A stretch of 64,000 nt of DNA from Thermoanaerobaculia bacterium (GCA_035996815.1 DASYJF010000040.1:41792-105791); one strand, 5' to 3'. Counted from the first letter of the stretch, positions 48,070 through 59,675 are shown. Numbers and translations: made by a program. The notes: a model not told the origin generated them from the sequence alone.

Positions 48070-49011
48070 TCACCTCACAACGTCGACGCTCGCCGCGCTT
48101 CCGTACACGGTCACGTAGCGAAAGTTGCGCGAGTCTTCGTCGAGGATGATCCGCTCCCCTGCCGCGAAAACGACCTGCTCGATGCTGCCTTCGACGGTGA
48201 ACAGCTCGCGACGGTCGTTCGCGAAACGCACGGTGACATTGCGCGCTGAATTTGCGACATCGAGGATCGTGAGTCGCGCCCTACCGGAAACGGGACCAAA
48301 GTCATACGCGGTCGCATGCGTCTTGCGCGACACCGTAACCGCCGTTCCGCCGATGACGACAATCTCCGGCAATGCCGTCTCGAAGTCGAACCTTTCGCGC
48401 GGCACGATGGCTTCCTGCTCCGGCGCGAACGGTTTCGCGTCGCGCTGCACCAAATAGTTCCAGCGCCGCGCGGGTGGCCGTCCGAGGAGTTGCGGGCGCG
48501 CGAGCTCGTTTGACGGCGGATCGCGGAGCAGCAGATCGTCGCGCAAGCGGCGGACGATGTGCCAGTCCTTGCCAGTCACGACGAAATTGCCGAACTCCTG
48601 CGTCAGATCGATTGACGCGATCAGTCCACCGACGCCGTTCGCGCTTCGCAGCGCCACGACCATGCGATTCTTCTTGTCGCGCGCCAACGCGCTCACGTCG
48701 TACGTGTCGAGCGCTTCGTTGTCGTCGCCTACGTGCCGCCCGCCCACTGCCACACCGTTGAAGTAGAGCGTGTACTCCGGATCGCCGAGCACCTTGATCC
48801 GCGTGAACGTGCGATTCGGCGGCAGGTCGAACTCGTACGTCGCAAAGAAAGCGGCCGGATTGCCGTCGGCGAACCGATTCTGTTGCCAGATCCACTGTGC
48901 GGTTCCGGTGTTGTCGAAGAACTTGTGTGAGTACAACAGTTCGAGACGGCTGGCCGCGGCGACGATAACGAAGATCGCCGCTGCGATGACGAGCAGGCGG
49001 CGGATGAGCAC
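48070..49011 (-). CDS. Membrane-anchored hypothetical protein (start ambiguous: GTG 49011, or ATG 49131/49119 reading through the repeat)
   Basis: A GTG at 49011 gives (M)LIRRLLVIAAAIFVIVAAA, a TM anchor. The longer version would overlap the kdsB start. Confidence 0.6.
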   Translation of the reverse strand: MLIRRLLVIAAAIFVIVAAASRLELLYSHKFFDNTGTAQWIWQQNRFADGNPAAFFATYEFDLPPNRTFTRIKVLGDPEYTLYFNGVAVGGRHVGDDNEALDTYDVSALARDKKNRMVVALRSANGVGGLIASIDLTQEFGNFVVTGKDWHIVRRLRDDLLLRDPPSNELARPQLLGRPPARRWNYLVQRDAKPFAPEQEAIVPRERFDFETALPEIVVIGGTAVTVSRKTHATAYDFGPVSGRARLTILDVANSARNVTVRFANDRRELFTVEGSIEQVVFAAGERIILDEDSRNFRYVTVYGSAASVDVVR

Positions 49012-49020
49012 GCGATCGCT

Positions 49021-49098
49021 GGGCGTGGGGAGTAGGGAGTGGGGAGTGGAAGATAAGGCGCTTTTTGCCACTCCCCACTCCCCACTCCCCACTCCCCC
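49021..49098. repeat. G-family heptamer palindrome occupying the divergent intergenic region upstream of kdsB
   Basis: G arm 49021-49050, 17-nt A/T-rich spacer, C arm 49069-49098 (CACTCCCCACTCCCCACTCCCCACTCCCCC). Confidence 0.85.
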
Positions 49099-49117
49099 AT
49101 TAGAATTCGCTCCACTC

Positions 49118-49825
49118 ATGAAGGCCGTCATTGTAATTCCGGCGCGATGGGCATCGTCGCGCTTCCCGGGCAAGCCGCTGGCGATGATCGCCGGCGTGTC
49201 GTTGATTCAACGCGTGTACGAGCGCGCCGCTCGCTCGAAGCGCGCCAGCGTCGTGTATGTCGCGACCGACGACGACCGCATCGCCGATCACGTCGCGTCG
49301 TTCGGCGGCCGTTTCGTGAGGCCGGAGGGCGAATTTCAGAGCGGCACCGACCGGATCGCCGCATCGCTCGATCTACTCGACGACGACTACGATCAGGTCA
49401 TCAACCTCCAGGGCGACGAGCCGCTCATCGATATCGACTCCATCGACGCAGTCATCGACGTCCTGCAGGAAACCGGCGTCGACATAACCACGCTCGCGTC
49501 GCGCATCGAACACGACGACGAACGGCAGTCGCGCGACGTTGTCAAAGTAGTCACTGCCCTCTCCGGCGATGCACTTTACTTCTCACGTTCACCGCTCGCC
49601 GGCGCGCAGCGGCACGTCGGGATGTATGGCTATCAGGCCGGTGTGCTAAAAACCCTCGCTGCTCTCGCGCCGTCGCCTCTCGAGCTCGCAGAATCGCTGG
49701 AACAGTTGCGAGCGCTGCAGAACGGCTTTAAAATCCGGGTCGTTCAAACCACAAGAGCCCACCTCGGCGTCGATCGCCCCGAGGATGTTGCGCGCGTCGA
49801 ACATGAACTGGCTGAAAAAAAGTAA
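49118..49825 (+). CDS. kdsB: 3-deoxy-manno-octulosonate cytidylyltransferase
   Basis: MKAVIVIPARWASSRFPGKPL; full-length match to the KdsB pattern. Confidence 0.9.
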   Translation: MKAVIVIPARWASSRFPGKPLAMIAGVSLIQRVYERAARSKRASVVYVATDDDRIADHVASFGGRFVRPEGEFQSGTDRIAASLDLLDDDYDQVINLQGDEPLIDIDSIDAVIDVLQETGVDITTLASRIEHDDERQSRDVVKVVTALSGDALYFSRSPLAGAQRHVGMYGYQAGVLKTLAALAPSPLELAESLEQLRALQNGFKIRVVQTTRAHLGVDRPEDVARVEHELAEKK

Positions 49826-49963
49826 CTTCGGAGAGCGTTCGTGAGCTGCGTGCTCACACGCACACGCTTCTTCGCCACAGCCAGCACCACTCTCCCCGCC
49901 AGCAAGCAGCCCGAACCGCGCCGCGGCCTCGGGGCAGACTCTCTTAACCAACCGGAGGCATGA

Positions 49964-52023
<2,060 letters not shown>

Positions 52024-52066
52024 GACTATTTCTTGCGGCGTGCTCTTTACTGCGCTGCTTAACCTT

Positions 52067-52327
52067 TCAGTCAGTTTTTCCGCGGTCAGGGACATCAGTA
52101 TGGTCAGCGCGCGGTGACGCGATCCCATCCTCGATCCGCTGAAAAGTCGCGCTCATCTCTTGATTGTAGGCGTGGAGTCGATCGAACCGTTTATGGATCT
52201 CGGCCATGTGGGAATCGAGTTCGGTTGTCGTCGTCAGGCTATCAATCCGGGAACGGAGCCTATCGAAGTCTGGCTTCAACACCTCGCGGTAGTACCGCAT
52301 CAGCATTTCCCACGCGTCATCGGCCAT
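52067..52327 (-). CDS. Small hypothetical helical protein (about 86 aa)
   Basis: ATG at 52327 (MADDAWEMLMRYYREVLKPDF...). No recognisable domain. Confidence 0.35.
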   Translation of the reverse strand: MADDAWEMLMRYYREVLKPDFDRLRSRIDSLTTTTELDSHMAEIHKRFDRLHAYNQEMSATFQRIEDGIASPRADHTDVPDRGKTD

Positions 52328-52366
52328 GCCCAAGGATTCTACCTCGGTGAGTACAATGCGCCGCAC

Positions 52367-53197
52367 ATGAGCACGCGTTCAATCGCCATCACTGACGACA
52401 TCACTTTCGGCGGCGATCACCCTCCTCTTTTCATTGCCGGACCGTGCGTCATCGAGTCGCGGGAGCATGCGTTGCGGATGGCGCGGACGCTTCTGGCGTT
52501 GCGCGATGAGTTGAAGATCAATCTCGTTTTCAAGTCGTCGTTCGACAAGGCGAACCGGACCTCGGTCGAGTCGTTTCGCGGGCCGGGAATCGAGGAGGGA
52601 TTGGACATTCTGCGGGCCGTCAAAGAGGAGACGGGACTGCCGCTTCTCTCCGACATTCACGAATGGCAGCAGGCGGAGCGTGCGGCCGAGGTGCTCGACA
52701 TCCTGCAGATTCCGGCGTTTCTTTGCCGGCAGACGGACCTCGTTGCCGCGGCGGCGCGGACGGGCAAAGCGGTCGGCGTGAAGAAGGGACAGTTTCTTTC
52801 GCCGGAAGAGGCGAAGAACATTCTCGACAAGGGACACGAGGTTGGGAACGACCGCGTGTACATCACCGAGCGCGGATCGTCGTTCGGGTATCAGAACCTC
52901 GTGGTCGACATGCGCGCGTTCCCGATTCTGCGCGGATTCGGCGCGCCGGTCGTGTACGACATCACGCATTCGATGCAGAAGCCGGGCGGCGAAGGGAAGC
53001 AGACCGGAGGCACGCCGCAGTTCGCGCGTCCGCTCGCACGCGCGGCGGCGGCGGCGGGCGCGGACGGCTTCTTCATGGAAGTGCACGACAATCCGCCGGC
53101 CGCGCTGAGCGACCGCACCACGCAGATACGTCCCGAGGCCGCGCGCGAGATCATCAGCGACATTCTGGCGTTGCGCGCCGCGCTGCCGCCGCTCTGA
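52367..53197 (+). CDS. kdsA: 3-deoxy-8-phosphooctulonate synthase
   Basis: GPCVIES, KSSFDKANRTS, DITHS motifs. ATG at 52367. Confidence 0.92.
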   Translation: MSTRSIAITDDITFGGDHPPLFIAGPCVIESREHALRMARTLLALRDELKINLVFKSSFDKANRTSVESFRGPGIEEGLDILRAVKEETGLPLLSDIHEWQQAERAAEVLDILQIPAFLCRQTDLVAAAARTGKAVGVKKGQFLSPEEAKNILDKGHEVGNDRVYITERGSSFGYQNLVVDMRAFPILRGFGAPVVYDITHSMQKPGGEGKQTGGTPQFARPLARAAAAAGADGFFMEVHDNPPAALSDRTTQIRPEAAREIISDILALRAALPPL

Positions 53198-53206
53198 GAC
53201 GTTCGC

Positions 53207-55003
53207 ATGTCGAAGATTCAGCGCATCGTCTCGATCGTCATCGCGCTCTACCTTCTGCTCGTTCTCATCGACCGATTCGTTCTCGTCGAGCTGCTCGTCA
53301 CGCGCGTCGGCCTGTCGGTTCTGCTGGCGCTGTTTGAAGCGTTCGCGATCTTCGGCGCCGGCTTCGCGGTGCGGGCTGCGATCGCGCGGGATTGGAGCAC
53401 TGTTGATGCCGATCTTCCGCGCGACTTTCTCCTCGGCTATCCCATCTTCGGCGCGCTCTGTTTTCTCGCCGGCACGCTGAACATCTCCGCGTGGTCGATG
53501 GGCATGCTCCTGGTTGTGTTTGGCGTCGGCGGAATTTACGTTTTCGTGCGGCGAATCGAATCGCGTCCGCCCGAGATGCCCACGATCGGTGAGCCGCTCG
53601 TGCTCATCGCGCTCGCGATCGTTTTCATTTGCGCGCTGATCGCCGCGCAAGCGCCGCCGTCGTCGCTCGACGAGCTCGCCTATCACCTGGCCGTTCCGTG
53701 GACGTGGGTAAAGGAACATCGCGCCATCGAGCTGCCGCTGATTTCGCATTCGTACTTTCCGCTCGGAATCGAATCGGCCGATCTTCCACTGCTGACGATC
53801 CTCGGCCAACTTGCCGGCGGCATCGCATCACACTTCCTTCATCTCGGCGCGGCACTCGCCGCGACGGCGATGCTCTTCCGCCTTTCGCGCGGCAACGCGC
53901 TCGCACTCGCCGCGATCGTGACCACTCCCGCGCTCGCGCTCATCGCGGGCTGGTCGCTGGTCGACTGGCCGTTGATCGGCATCTGCGCGATCCTCGTTCT
54001 TGCGCTCGATGATGACGACGTGGCGAGGATCTCGATGGCGATCGCCGCAGGCTTGCTGACGAAGTACACGTTTATTGCGTTCGCGGTTTTGGGGTGTGGG
54101 GTGTGGGGTGTGGGGCGTGGGAAAAGCACGTCGTCGACCCCAGACTCTCACTCCCCACTTCCCACTCCCCACTCCCTCCTTATCGGCATCGCCATCGGCT
54201 CCATCTTCTTCATCCGCAATCTAATCCTTACCGCGAATCCGATCGCGCCATTTTTCTCTTCCGCGGCACCACATGTGGCGGCATATCGCGCACCGTTCCT
54301 TTCCGACTACGTCTTCGACGGACACTTCCTCGACGAAAGCCTCGGCGCATCGCTCATCGCCGCCTGCACGCTCTCGGCCGGCATGCTTCCGTGGATTTTG
54401 ATCGGTGCCGCGGTGCTTCTGTTCCTGCTCGCGCCGTCGTCGCGGATCCTTCTGCCGTTTCTCGCCATTCCTGCCGCGCGATCACACAGGCCGGGGCGAC
54501 TCATGCGACTCGTCCTGGTCCTATCGATCGTCGTACAGCTTTTTCTGATCGGCTACTTCGTCGATCGCGGCGCCGGGTTCTCGTTGCTCTCGGCTGCGGC
54601 CTCGGACGCCGAATTCCTGACGAAGCAGCGCTCCTCCTTCAAGACGGTGCAGTCGATCGATGCACTTCTTCCCGCCGATGCGCGCGCGCTCGTCATCGGC
54701 CTCAACGAAACGTTCTGGTTCGCGCGGCGCGTGCGCGGCGGCGGCAACTTCGACGGACCGCGCGTCTCGCGTTACCTTGAGATGTCGACACCCGAGGCGT
54801 TGTACGCGCGGCTGAAGAACGACGGCATCACGCATGTCGCGGTTGTCGCGCCCGCGGCAGCCGCCACCACCGTCGCGCAGAAACTGGCAGAGCGTGAGAC
54901 CGCGCTCTCCCCTGTCGCGCAGCGTATGCTTGCCCAAACTCTCGACCGCTACGCTTCGAACGTCGCTCCCGGCGCGGGCGCAACGGTCTTCACACTCAGA
55001 TAG
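53207..55003 (+). CDS. Polytopic membrane protein, GT-C-like glycosyltransferase (tentative)
   Basis: More than 10 TM helices. SLDELAYH first-loop acidic motif. C-terminal soluble domain. Follows kdsA by 9 nt. Confidence 0.6.
   Translation: MSKIQRIVSIVIALYLLLVLIDRFVLVELLVTRVGLSVLLALFEAFAIFGAGFAVRAAIARDWSTVDADLPRDFLLGYPIFGALCFLAGTLNISAWSMGMLLVVFGVGGIYVFVRRIESRPPEMPTIGEPLVLIALAIVFICALIAAQAPPSSLDELAYHLAVPWTWVKEHRAIELPLISHSYFPLGIESADLPLLTILGQLAGGIASHFLHLGAALAATAMLFRLSRGNALALAAIVTTPALALIAGWSLVDWPLIGICAILVLALDDDDVARISMAIAAGLLTKYTFIAFAVLGCGVWGVGRGKSTSSTPDSHSPLPTPHSLLIGIAIGSIFFIRNLILTANPIAPFFSSAAPHVAAYRAPFLSDYVFDGHFLDESLGASLIAACTLSAGMLPWILIGAAVLLFLLAPSSRILLPFLAIPAARSHRPGRLMRLVLVLSIVVQLFLIGYFVDRGAGFSLLSAAASDAEFLTKQRSSFKTVQSIDALLPADARALVIGLNETFWFARRVRGGGNFDGPRVSRYLEMSTPEALYARLKNDGITHVAVVAPAAAATTVAQKLAERETALSPVAQRMLAQTLDRYASNVAPGAGATVFTLR
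54090..54177. repeat. G-family heptamer palindrome in frame inside the GT-C-like membrane protein CDS
   Basis: G arm 54090-54122 (TGGGGTGTGGGGTGTGGGGTGTGGGGCGTGGGA). C arm 54148-54177. Translated as LGCGVWGVGRGKSTSSTPDSHSPLPTPHS. Confidence 0.8.
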
Positions 55004-55011
55004 GAGAAAAC

Positions 55012-55398
55012 GTGGAAAAAGTGACCGGAATCGGCGGCATTTTCTTCAAGGCGTCCGACTCGAAATCGCTCGGCGCCTGGTATCGCGACAACCTCGGCAT
55101 TCCGGTCGACCCGTCGTACGGCGGCGCGTCCTTCGAATGGCGCGACAAGGAGCAGCCCGACGTCGTCGGCACAACAGTGTGGTCGACATTCCCATCGACG
55201 ACGAAGTACTTCGATCCGACCGTCGCCCCGTTCATGATCAATTACCGCGTCGACGATCTCGACGCGATGCTTGCACAGCTTCGTGAGGCCGGTGCAACAG
55301 TCGATGAGAAGATCTCCGACGAAGGTTACGGCCGCTTCGGATGGGCAACGGATCCCGAGGGGAATCGCTTCGAGTTGTGGCAACCGCCGAAGGAGTAG
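55012..55398 (+). CDS. VOC (glyoxalase/bleomycin-resistance) family protein
   Basis: GTG start 5 nt after AGGAG. GIGGIFFKA...GWATDPEGNRFELWQP pattern. Confidence 0.8.
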   Translation: MEKVTGIGGIFFKASDSKSLGAWYRDNLGIPVDPSYGGASFEWRDKEQPDVVGTTVWSTFPSTTKYFDPTVAPFMINYRVDDLDAMLAQLREAGATVDEKISDEGYGRFGWATDPEGNRFELWQPPKE

Positions 55399-55404
55399 CT
55401 CAGA

Positions 55405-56802
55405 TCACAGCAGCGTGCCGTGAAGAATCAGCAACGCGACGGTGAAGTAGATACACAGCCCCGTCACATCGACGAGCGTGGCCACGAACGGCGCGGAGGC
55501 AGTAGCTGGATCGAAACCGAGCCGGCGCAGGATGAAGGGCAGCATCGAGCCGGCCAGCGTGCCGAACAACACTACGCCGATCAGCGATGCCCAGATCGTG
55601 AACGCGACGAGCATGTAGTGCGGGCCGTAGTTCGGTTTAATCCCGAGTTGCTCCCACAGAACGATACGGATGAAGCCGATGAATCCGAGGAGCGAGCCAA
55701 GGGCGAGGCCGGAAATGATCTCGCGCCGGAAGACGCGAAACCAGTCGCGGAGGCGCAGCTCACGCAACGCCAGCGAACGGATGATCAGCGACGTCGCCTG
55801 CGAGCCGGAGTTGCCGCCGCTGGAGATAATCAGCGGGACGAACAGTGCCAGGACGACGGCGCGCGCAATCTCCTTTTCGAAATAGCCCATCGCCGTCGCG
55901 GTCAGCATCTCGCCGAGGAAAAGCGCGGAGAGCCAGCCCGCACGCTTCTTAATCATCGACAGCACGTCCACCTGCAGGTACGGCGCGTCGAGCGCTTCCA
56001 TACCGCCGAGTTTCTGGATGTCTTCCGTCGCCTCCTGCTCGGCGACGTCGAGCACGTCGTCGACGGTGATGATGCCGAGCATGTGACCGTCGGCGTCCGT
56101 CACCGGAAGCGCGAGCCGATCGTATTTTTCGAACGCCTTCAGAACTTCTTCGCGATCGTCGGTCGCGTTCATCTTCACGAGCGGCGGATCATCGATGTCC
56201 ACAACCTTCGACGATGGGTCGGCAAGAACGAGGGAGCTGAGACGAATGTCTTCGACGAGCCGTCCGCGCTGATCGACGATGTAGACGACGTTCACCGTCT
56301 CCTTGCCCGGCCCGGTTCTGCGAATGTGGTCAAGCGCTTCGCGGGCGGTCATCTCCGGCTGCACGGTGACGTAGCGCGGCGTCATGTAGCGGCCGGCGGT
56401 GTCTTCCGGATACCCGAGCAACCAACGCGCGTTCTTCAAATCCTCGGGGGAGAGCGCGGTCAGCAGCCGCCTCGTCACCTCGGCCGGCATCTCTTCGAGC
56501 AGGCGGGTGCGGTCGTCGGGATTCATTTCCGCGAGGACGTTGCGGACCTGCTCGTTGCTGAGCGACTCGATCAGGCCTTCCTGGTGATCGGGCGGCAGAT
56601 AGGAGAAGACTTCACCGGCCTCGTCGCGCGGAAGCACGCGGAAGACGAATCCTTCCTCCTCGCGCGGCAGGGCGATGATGAGATCGGCCACGTCGGACGG
56701 ATGCATGTCCGTAAGGCGGTCGCGCAATTCGTTCCAGCTCTGCTGCCGGATCAACTCGCGCAGCTCATCACCAACAGACACCGTCTCGACCCTCTCGATC
56801 AT
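55405..56802 (-). CDS. mgtE: Magnesium transporter MgtE
   Basis: MgtE N-domain, two CBS domains, a TM domain with PLIISSGGNSGSQ. The ATG at 56802 is preceded by GGGGAGG. Confidence 0.9.
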   Translation of the reverse strand: MIERVETVSVGDELRELIRQQSWNELRDRLTDMHPSDVADLIIALPREEEGFVFRVLPRDEAGEVFSYLPPDHQEGLIESLSNEQVRNVLAEMNPDDRTRLLEEMPAEVTRRLLTALSPEDLKNARWLLGYPEDTAGRYMTPRYVTVQPEMTAREALDHIRRTGPGKETVNVVYIVDQRGRLVEDIRLSSLVLADPSSKVVDIDDPPLVKMNATDDREEVLKAFEKYDRLALPVTDADGHMLGIITVDDVLDVAEQEATEDIQKLGGMEALDAPYLQVDVLSMIKKRAGWLSALFLGEMLTATAMGYFEKEIARAVVLALFVPLIISSGGNSGSQATSLIIRSLALRELRLRDWFRVFRREIISGLALGSLLGFIGFIRIVLWEQLGIKPNYGPHYMLVAFTIWASLIGVVLFGTLAGSMLPFILRRLGFDPATASAPFVATLVDVTGLCIYFTVALLILHGTLL

Positions 56803-56896
56803 CCTCAACGCCTCCCCAGCGCGGAGGGTACGAGATGCGCCCCCGAAAGTCGAAGCAACTTTGTTGGCCGTGCTGCGATAATCAGCAGCCAGAACG

Positions 56897-58030
56897 ATGA
56901 CCTCGATGCGATTGGAACTGCTGGGTGATTTATTGATCCGCTCCGCCGACGGCTCGCTCGCCACGATCGGCTCGAAAAAATCGCAGGCGCTGCTCGCGTA
57001 CCTGGCCATCAAGCCGGGCCAGCACGTCTCGCGCGAGAAGCTGGCGGGATTGCTGTGGTCGAGCACGGGACCCGATCAGGCGCGGCAGAGTCTGCGGCAG
57101 ACGCTGTCGAGCGTGCGCAAGGATCTGTCGCACATCGCGCCGGACCACAAACTGCTGATCGAGGAAAGCGATCTGCTCTCGCTCGACGGCTCGGTTTCGT
57201 GCGACGTGGCGGAGATGGAGTCGCTGATCGCGGTGGGCACGGAAGAGGCGCTGAAGAAGGCGATCGATCTCTACCGCGGCGATTTCCTCGATGGTTTCAG
57301 CATCAACGAAGAGCGCTTCGATCAATTCGTGACCGGAGAACGCGACCGGCTGCATCGCGTTGCTCTCCGCGCGCACGCACAACTGGTCGAGTTGCAGGCA
57401 AAACACGCGCTCGACGACGCCATCGGCACCGCACAAGCGTCGCTGCGGCTGGACGTTCTGCAGGAGCCGATGCACCGCACGCTGATGCGCCTCTACCTGC
57501 AAAGTGGCGATGTCGTCGAAGCGCTACAGCAATACGAGAGTTGCGCGAAGGTGCTCAAGCGTGAGTTGCGCATCGAGCCGGACGCGGAGACGAAAGCGCT
57601 GCAGCGCGAGATCGTTCAGCTCCGCGCCCGCCGCGGAGAACAGACCGCGGCTCCTGCCGATGACCGCAAGAAGACCATCCTGATCGTCGAAGACAACCTC
57701 CTGAGCCGCGAGCTGACGAACGCTGTACTGAAATCTGCCGGCTACGCGGTGGTAATGGCCAAAGACGGCGCGGAAGCGCTGATGATCGTCGGCCGCGAAG
57801 CGATCGACCTGATGGTGATCGACGTCGACCTCCCCTACATCGACGGCCATTCGCTTCTGCAGGCGATGCACGAAAATGGCGTCGAAGTGCCGGCCATCTT
57901 CATCTCCGGCCTGCCAGGCGACGACGTCGAAGTCCGCGCCTTCGAAGTCGGCGCCGTCGACTTCATCCGCAAGCCGGTGAAGAACAGCGTGCTGCTGGCG
58001 AGGGTTGCGAAGGCGTGGCGGGATGCGTAG
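56897..58030 (+). CDS. SARP/BTAD-type transcriptional regulator with a C-terminal receiver (REC) domain
   Basis: N-terminal winged-helix (LELLGDL...SREKLAGLLW), a BTAD helical region, and a C-terminal REC domain (ILIVEDN...DLMVIDVDLPYIDG...IRKP). Confidence 0.75.
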   Translation: MTSMRLELLGDLLIRSADGSLATIGSKKSQALLAYLAIKPGQHVSREKLAGLLWSSTGPDQARQSLRQTLSSVRKDLSHIAPDHKLLIEESDLLSLDGSVSCDVAEMESLIAVGTEEALKKAIDLYRGDFLDGFSINEERFDQFVTGERDRLHRVALRAHAQLVELQAKHALDDAIGTAQASLRLDVLQEPMHRTLMRLYLQSGDVVEALQQYESCAKVLKRELRIEPDAETKALQREIVQLRARRGEQTAAPADDRKKTILIVEDNLLSRELTNAVLKSAGYAVVMAKDGAEALMIVGREAIDLMVIDVDLPYIDGHSLLQAMHENGVEVPAIFISGLPGDDVEVRAFEVGAVDFIRKPVKNSVLLARVAKAWRDA

Positions 58031-58248
58031 CGGATTCGTCGATTAGTGGATTAGTAGGTTAGGTCTCCTGACCCACTTCTTCATCGATCAGATTGGCGTT
58101 CGGTGTCGCGTGATGACTCGAAGCGACCCTGATCTGGTCGTTCGAGTGGACCTTGCCAACCGCCGACTACTCTCTCAAAGAATCCTTCCGGCCACTCTTC
58201 ATCAATTTTCGGGATCGGACATTTCAACCTCCAATCGACTAATCCACT
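58031..58248. repeat. A-family octamer arms separated by a ~170-nt insert (copy 3)
   Basis: Left arm 58031-58062 (CGGATTCGTCGATTAGTGGATTAGTAGGTTAGG). Right arm 58233-58248 (AATCGACTAATCCACT). The decarboxylase TAG (58239-58241) is inside the arm. Confidence 0.6.
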
Positions 58249-59618
58249 GCAGCGTCCAAACATCGCACGATCGCGGCGCACGACTTCTCCACATCGTCCG
58301 CCGTCGTCGACCAGTTCGAAACCGAGATGCGCATGGCGGCATTGCCTTGCCAAGTTGTGCCGCCGAGCCAGCAGGTGCCTTCGCTCTGGACGCGGGCGAT
58401 GACGTCGCGGGTGATGTCGTCGCTGTCATTGAAGCGGACTAGGACCTGGTTGAGGACGACGTCGTTGAGGATCGCGACACGTTTGTCGCGGCCGAGGATT
58501 TCGGCGAACTGGCGGGCGCGTTCGCAGCAGCCGTCGACGAGGGCGGCGATTCCGCGGCGTCCGAGGCTGCGGATGGCGGCGTAGATCGGGAAGGCGCGGG
58601 CGCGGCGGGAGAACTCGGGTACCCATTCGAAGTTGTCGCGTTCGACCCCGGTGGTCTGCTGCAGATATTCAGCGGAGAGCGTCATCGCGGCACGGTGCGA
58701 TGCGGAATCGCGGACGATGACGATGCCGCTGTCGTACGGGACGTTCAGCCATTTGTGCGCGTCGTTGGCCCACGAGTCGGCCAGTTCGCAACCGTCGAGC
58801 AGAGCGCGCTTCGATTCGGTCGCGCGGCCCCACAGGCCGAAGGCGCCATCGACATGGAGCCACGCATTTCGTTCGCGCGCGATCTCCGCAATGTCGCACA
58901 GCGGATCGACCGCGCCGCTGTTCACGTTGCCTGCCTGCGCGCAGATGATGACCGGGCCGTCGAGGGTCCGCAGCGTTTCGCGGAGCGCATCGGCGCGCAT
59001 CCTCCCCTGCTCGTCGGTGTCGACTTTGATCAGCGCGCGCGTGCCGAAGCCGAGGAGGCGCATGGAGAAATGGATGGTGATGTGCGAGGCGGCGCTGACG
59101 ACGAGATGCACGGGCGGCGCGCCGGTCAGTCCGTCTTCCTCGACGTTCCATCCGGCGTTGCGCAGCACGCCGTGCCGGGCCGCGGCCAGCGCGGTGAAGT
59201 TGGCCATCTGTCCGCCAGTGACAAAGCCGACGCTGGAGGTGCGAGGCAGATCGAACAGCTCGAGCAGCCATTCGCGGACGATGTCTTCAACGACCGAGGC
59301 GGCGGGCGATGTGGCGTAGATGCCGGCGTTCTGATCCCAGGCGCTGGTCAGCCAGTCGGCCGCGAGCGCGACCGGAAGACTGCCGCCGATGACGAAGCCG
59401 AAGTAGCGCGGACCGGCGCAGGCGATGAGGCCGCGGCCGGCGCCGCGCGAAAGGGCGTCGATGACGGCGGCGGGATCTTCTCCGTCGTCGGCTAGCGGCG
59501 CATGCAAGGCGGCGACGAGCTCATCGCGTGTGGCCTGCGCGCCGGCGTGGCGGTCCGGAAGCTCGCGAAGAAAGGCCGAGGCGTGGTCGCGGGCGAGATC
59601 GAGTAAGGAATTGCTCAC
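58239..59618 (-). CDS. PLP-dependent group II amino-acid decarboxylase family protein
   Basis: Fold-type I pattern with NDAHKW (PLP lysine). 459 aa. Confidence 0.8.
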   Translation of the reverse strand: MSNSLLDLARDHASAFLRELPDRHAGAQATRDELVAALHAPLADDGEDPAAVIDALSRGAGRGLIACAGPRYFGFVIGGSLPVALAADWLTSAWDQNAGIYATSPAASVVEDIVREWLLELFDLPRTSSVGFVTGGQMANFTALAAARHGVLRNAGWNVEEDGLTGAPPVHLVVSAASHITIHFSMRLLGFGTRALIKVDTDEQGRMRADALRETLRTLDGPVIICAQAGNVNSGAVDPLCDIAEIARERNAWLHVDGAFGLWGRATESKRALLDGCELADSWANDAHKWLNVPYDSGIVIVRDSASHRAAMTLSAEYLQQTTGVERDNFEWVPEFSRRARAFPIYAAIRSLGRRGIAALVDGCCERARQFAEILGRDKRVAILNDVVLNQVLVRFNDSDDITRDVIARVQSEGTCWLGGTTWQGNAAMRISVSNWSTTADDVEKSCAAIVRCLDAAVD

Positions 59619-59675
59619 GTGCGGATCATAGCGGGCGACGAACGCTTTCGACCGCGCCTCGGCGTGCTCACAAAT

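Noticed and set aside
52379-53809. 476-aa minus-strand ORF antisense to kdsA and the following membrane protein
   Set aside because: It spans two sense genes and their 9-nt gap, with an Arg/Glu/Asp-rich composition.
56803-56896. M-box (ykoK) magnesium riboswitch in front of mgtE
   Set aside because: Only 94 nt separate mgtE from the divergent regulator gene. That is too short for an M-box, and I saw no matching conserved helices.
58081-58353. 90-aa minus-strand ORF
   Set aside because: Its N-terminal two-thirds overlap the decarboxylase C-terminus out of frame. Only the last ~45 aa look meaningful, and they are discussed as a possible decayed cargo.
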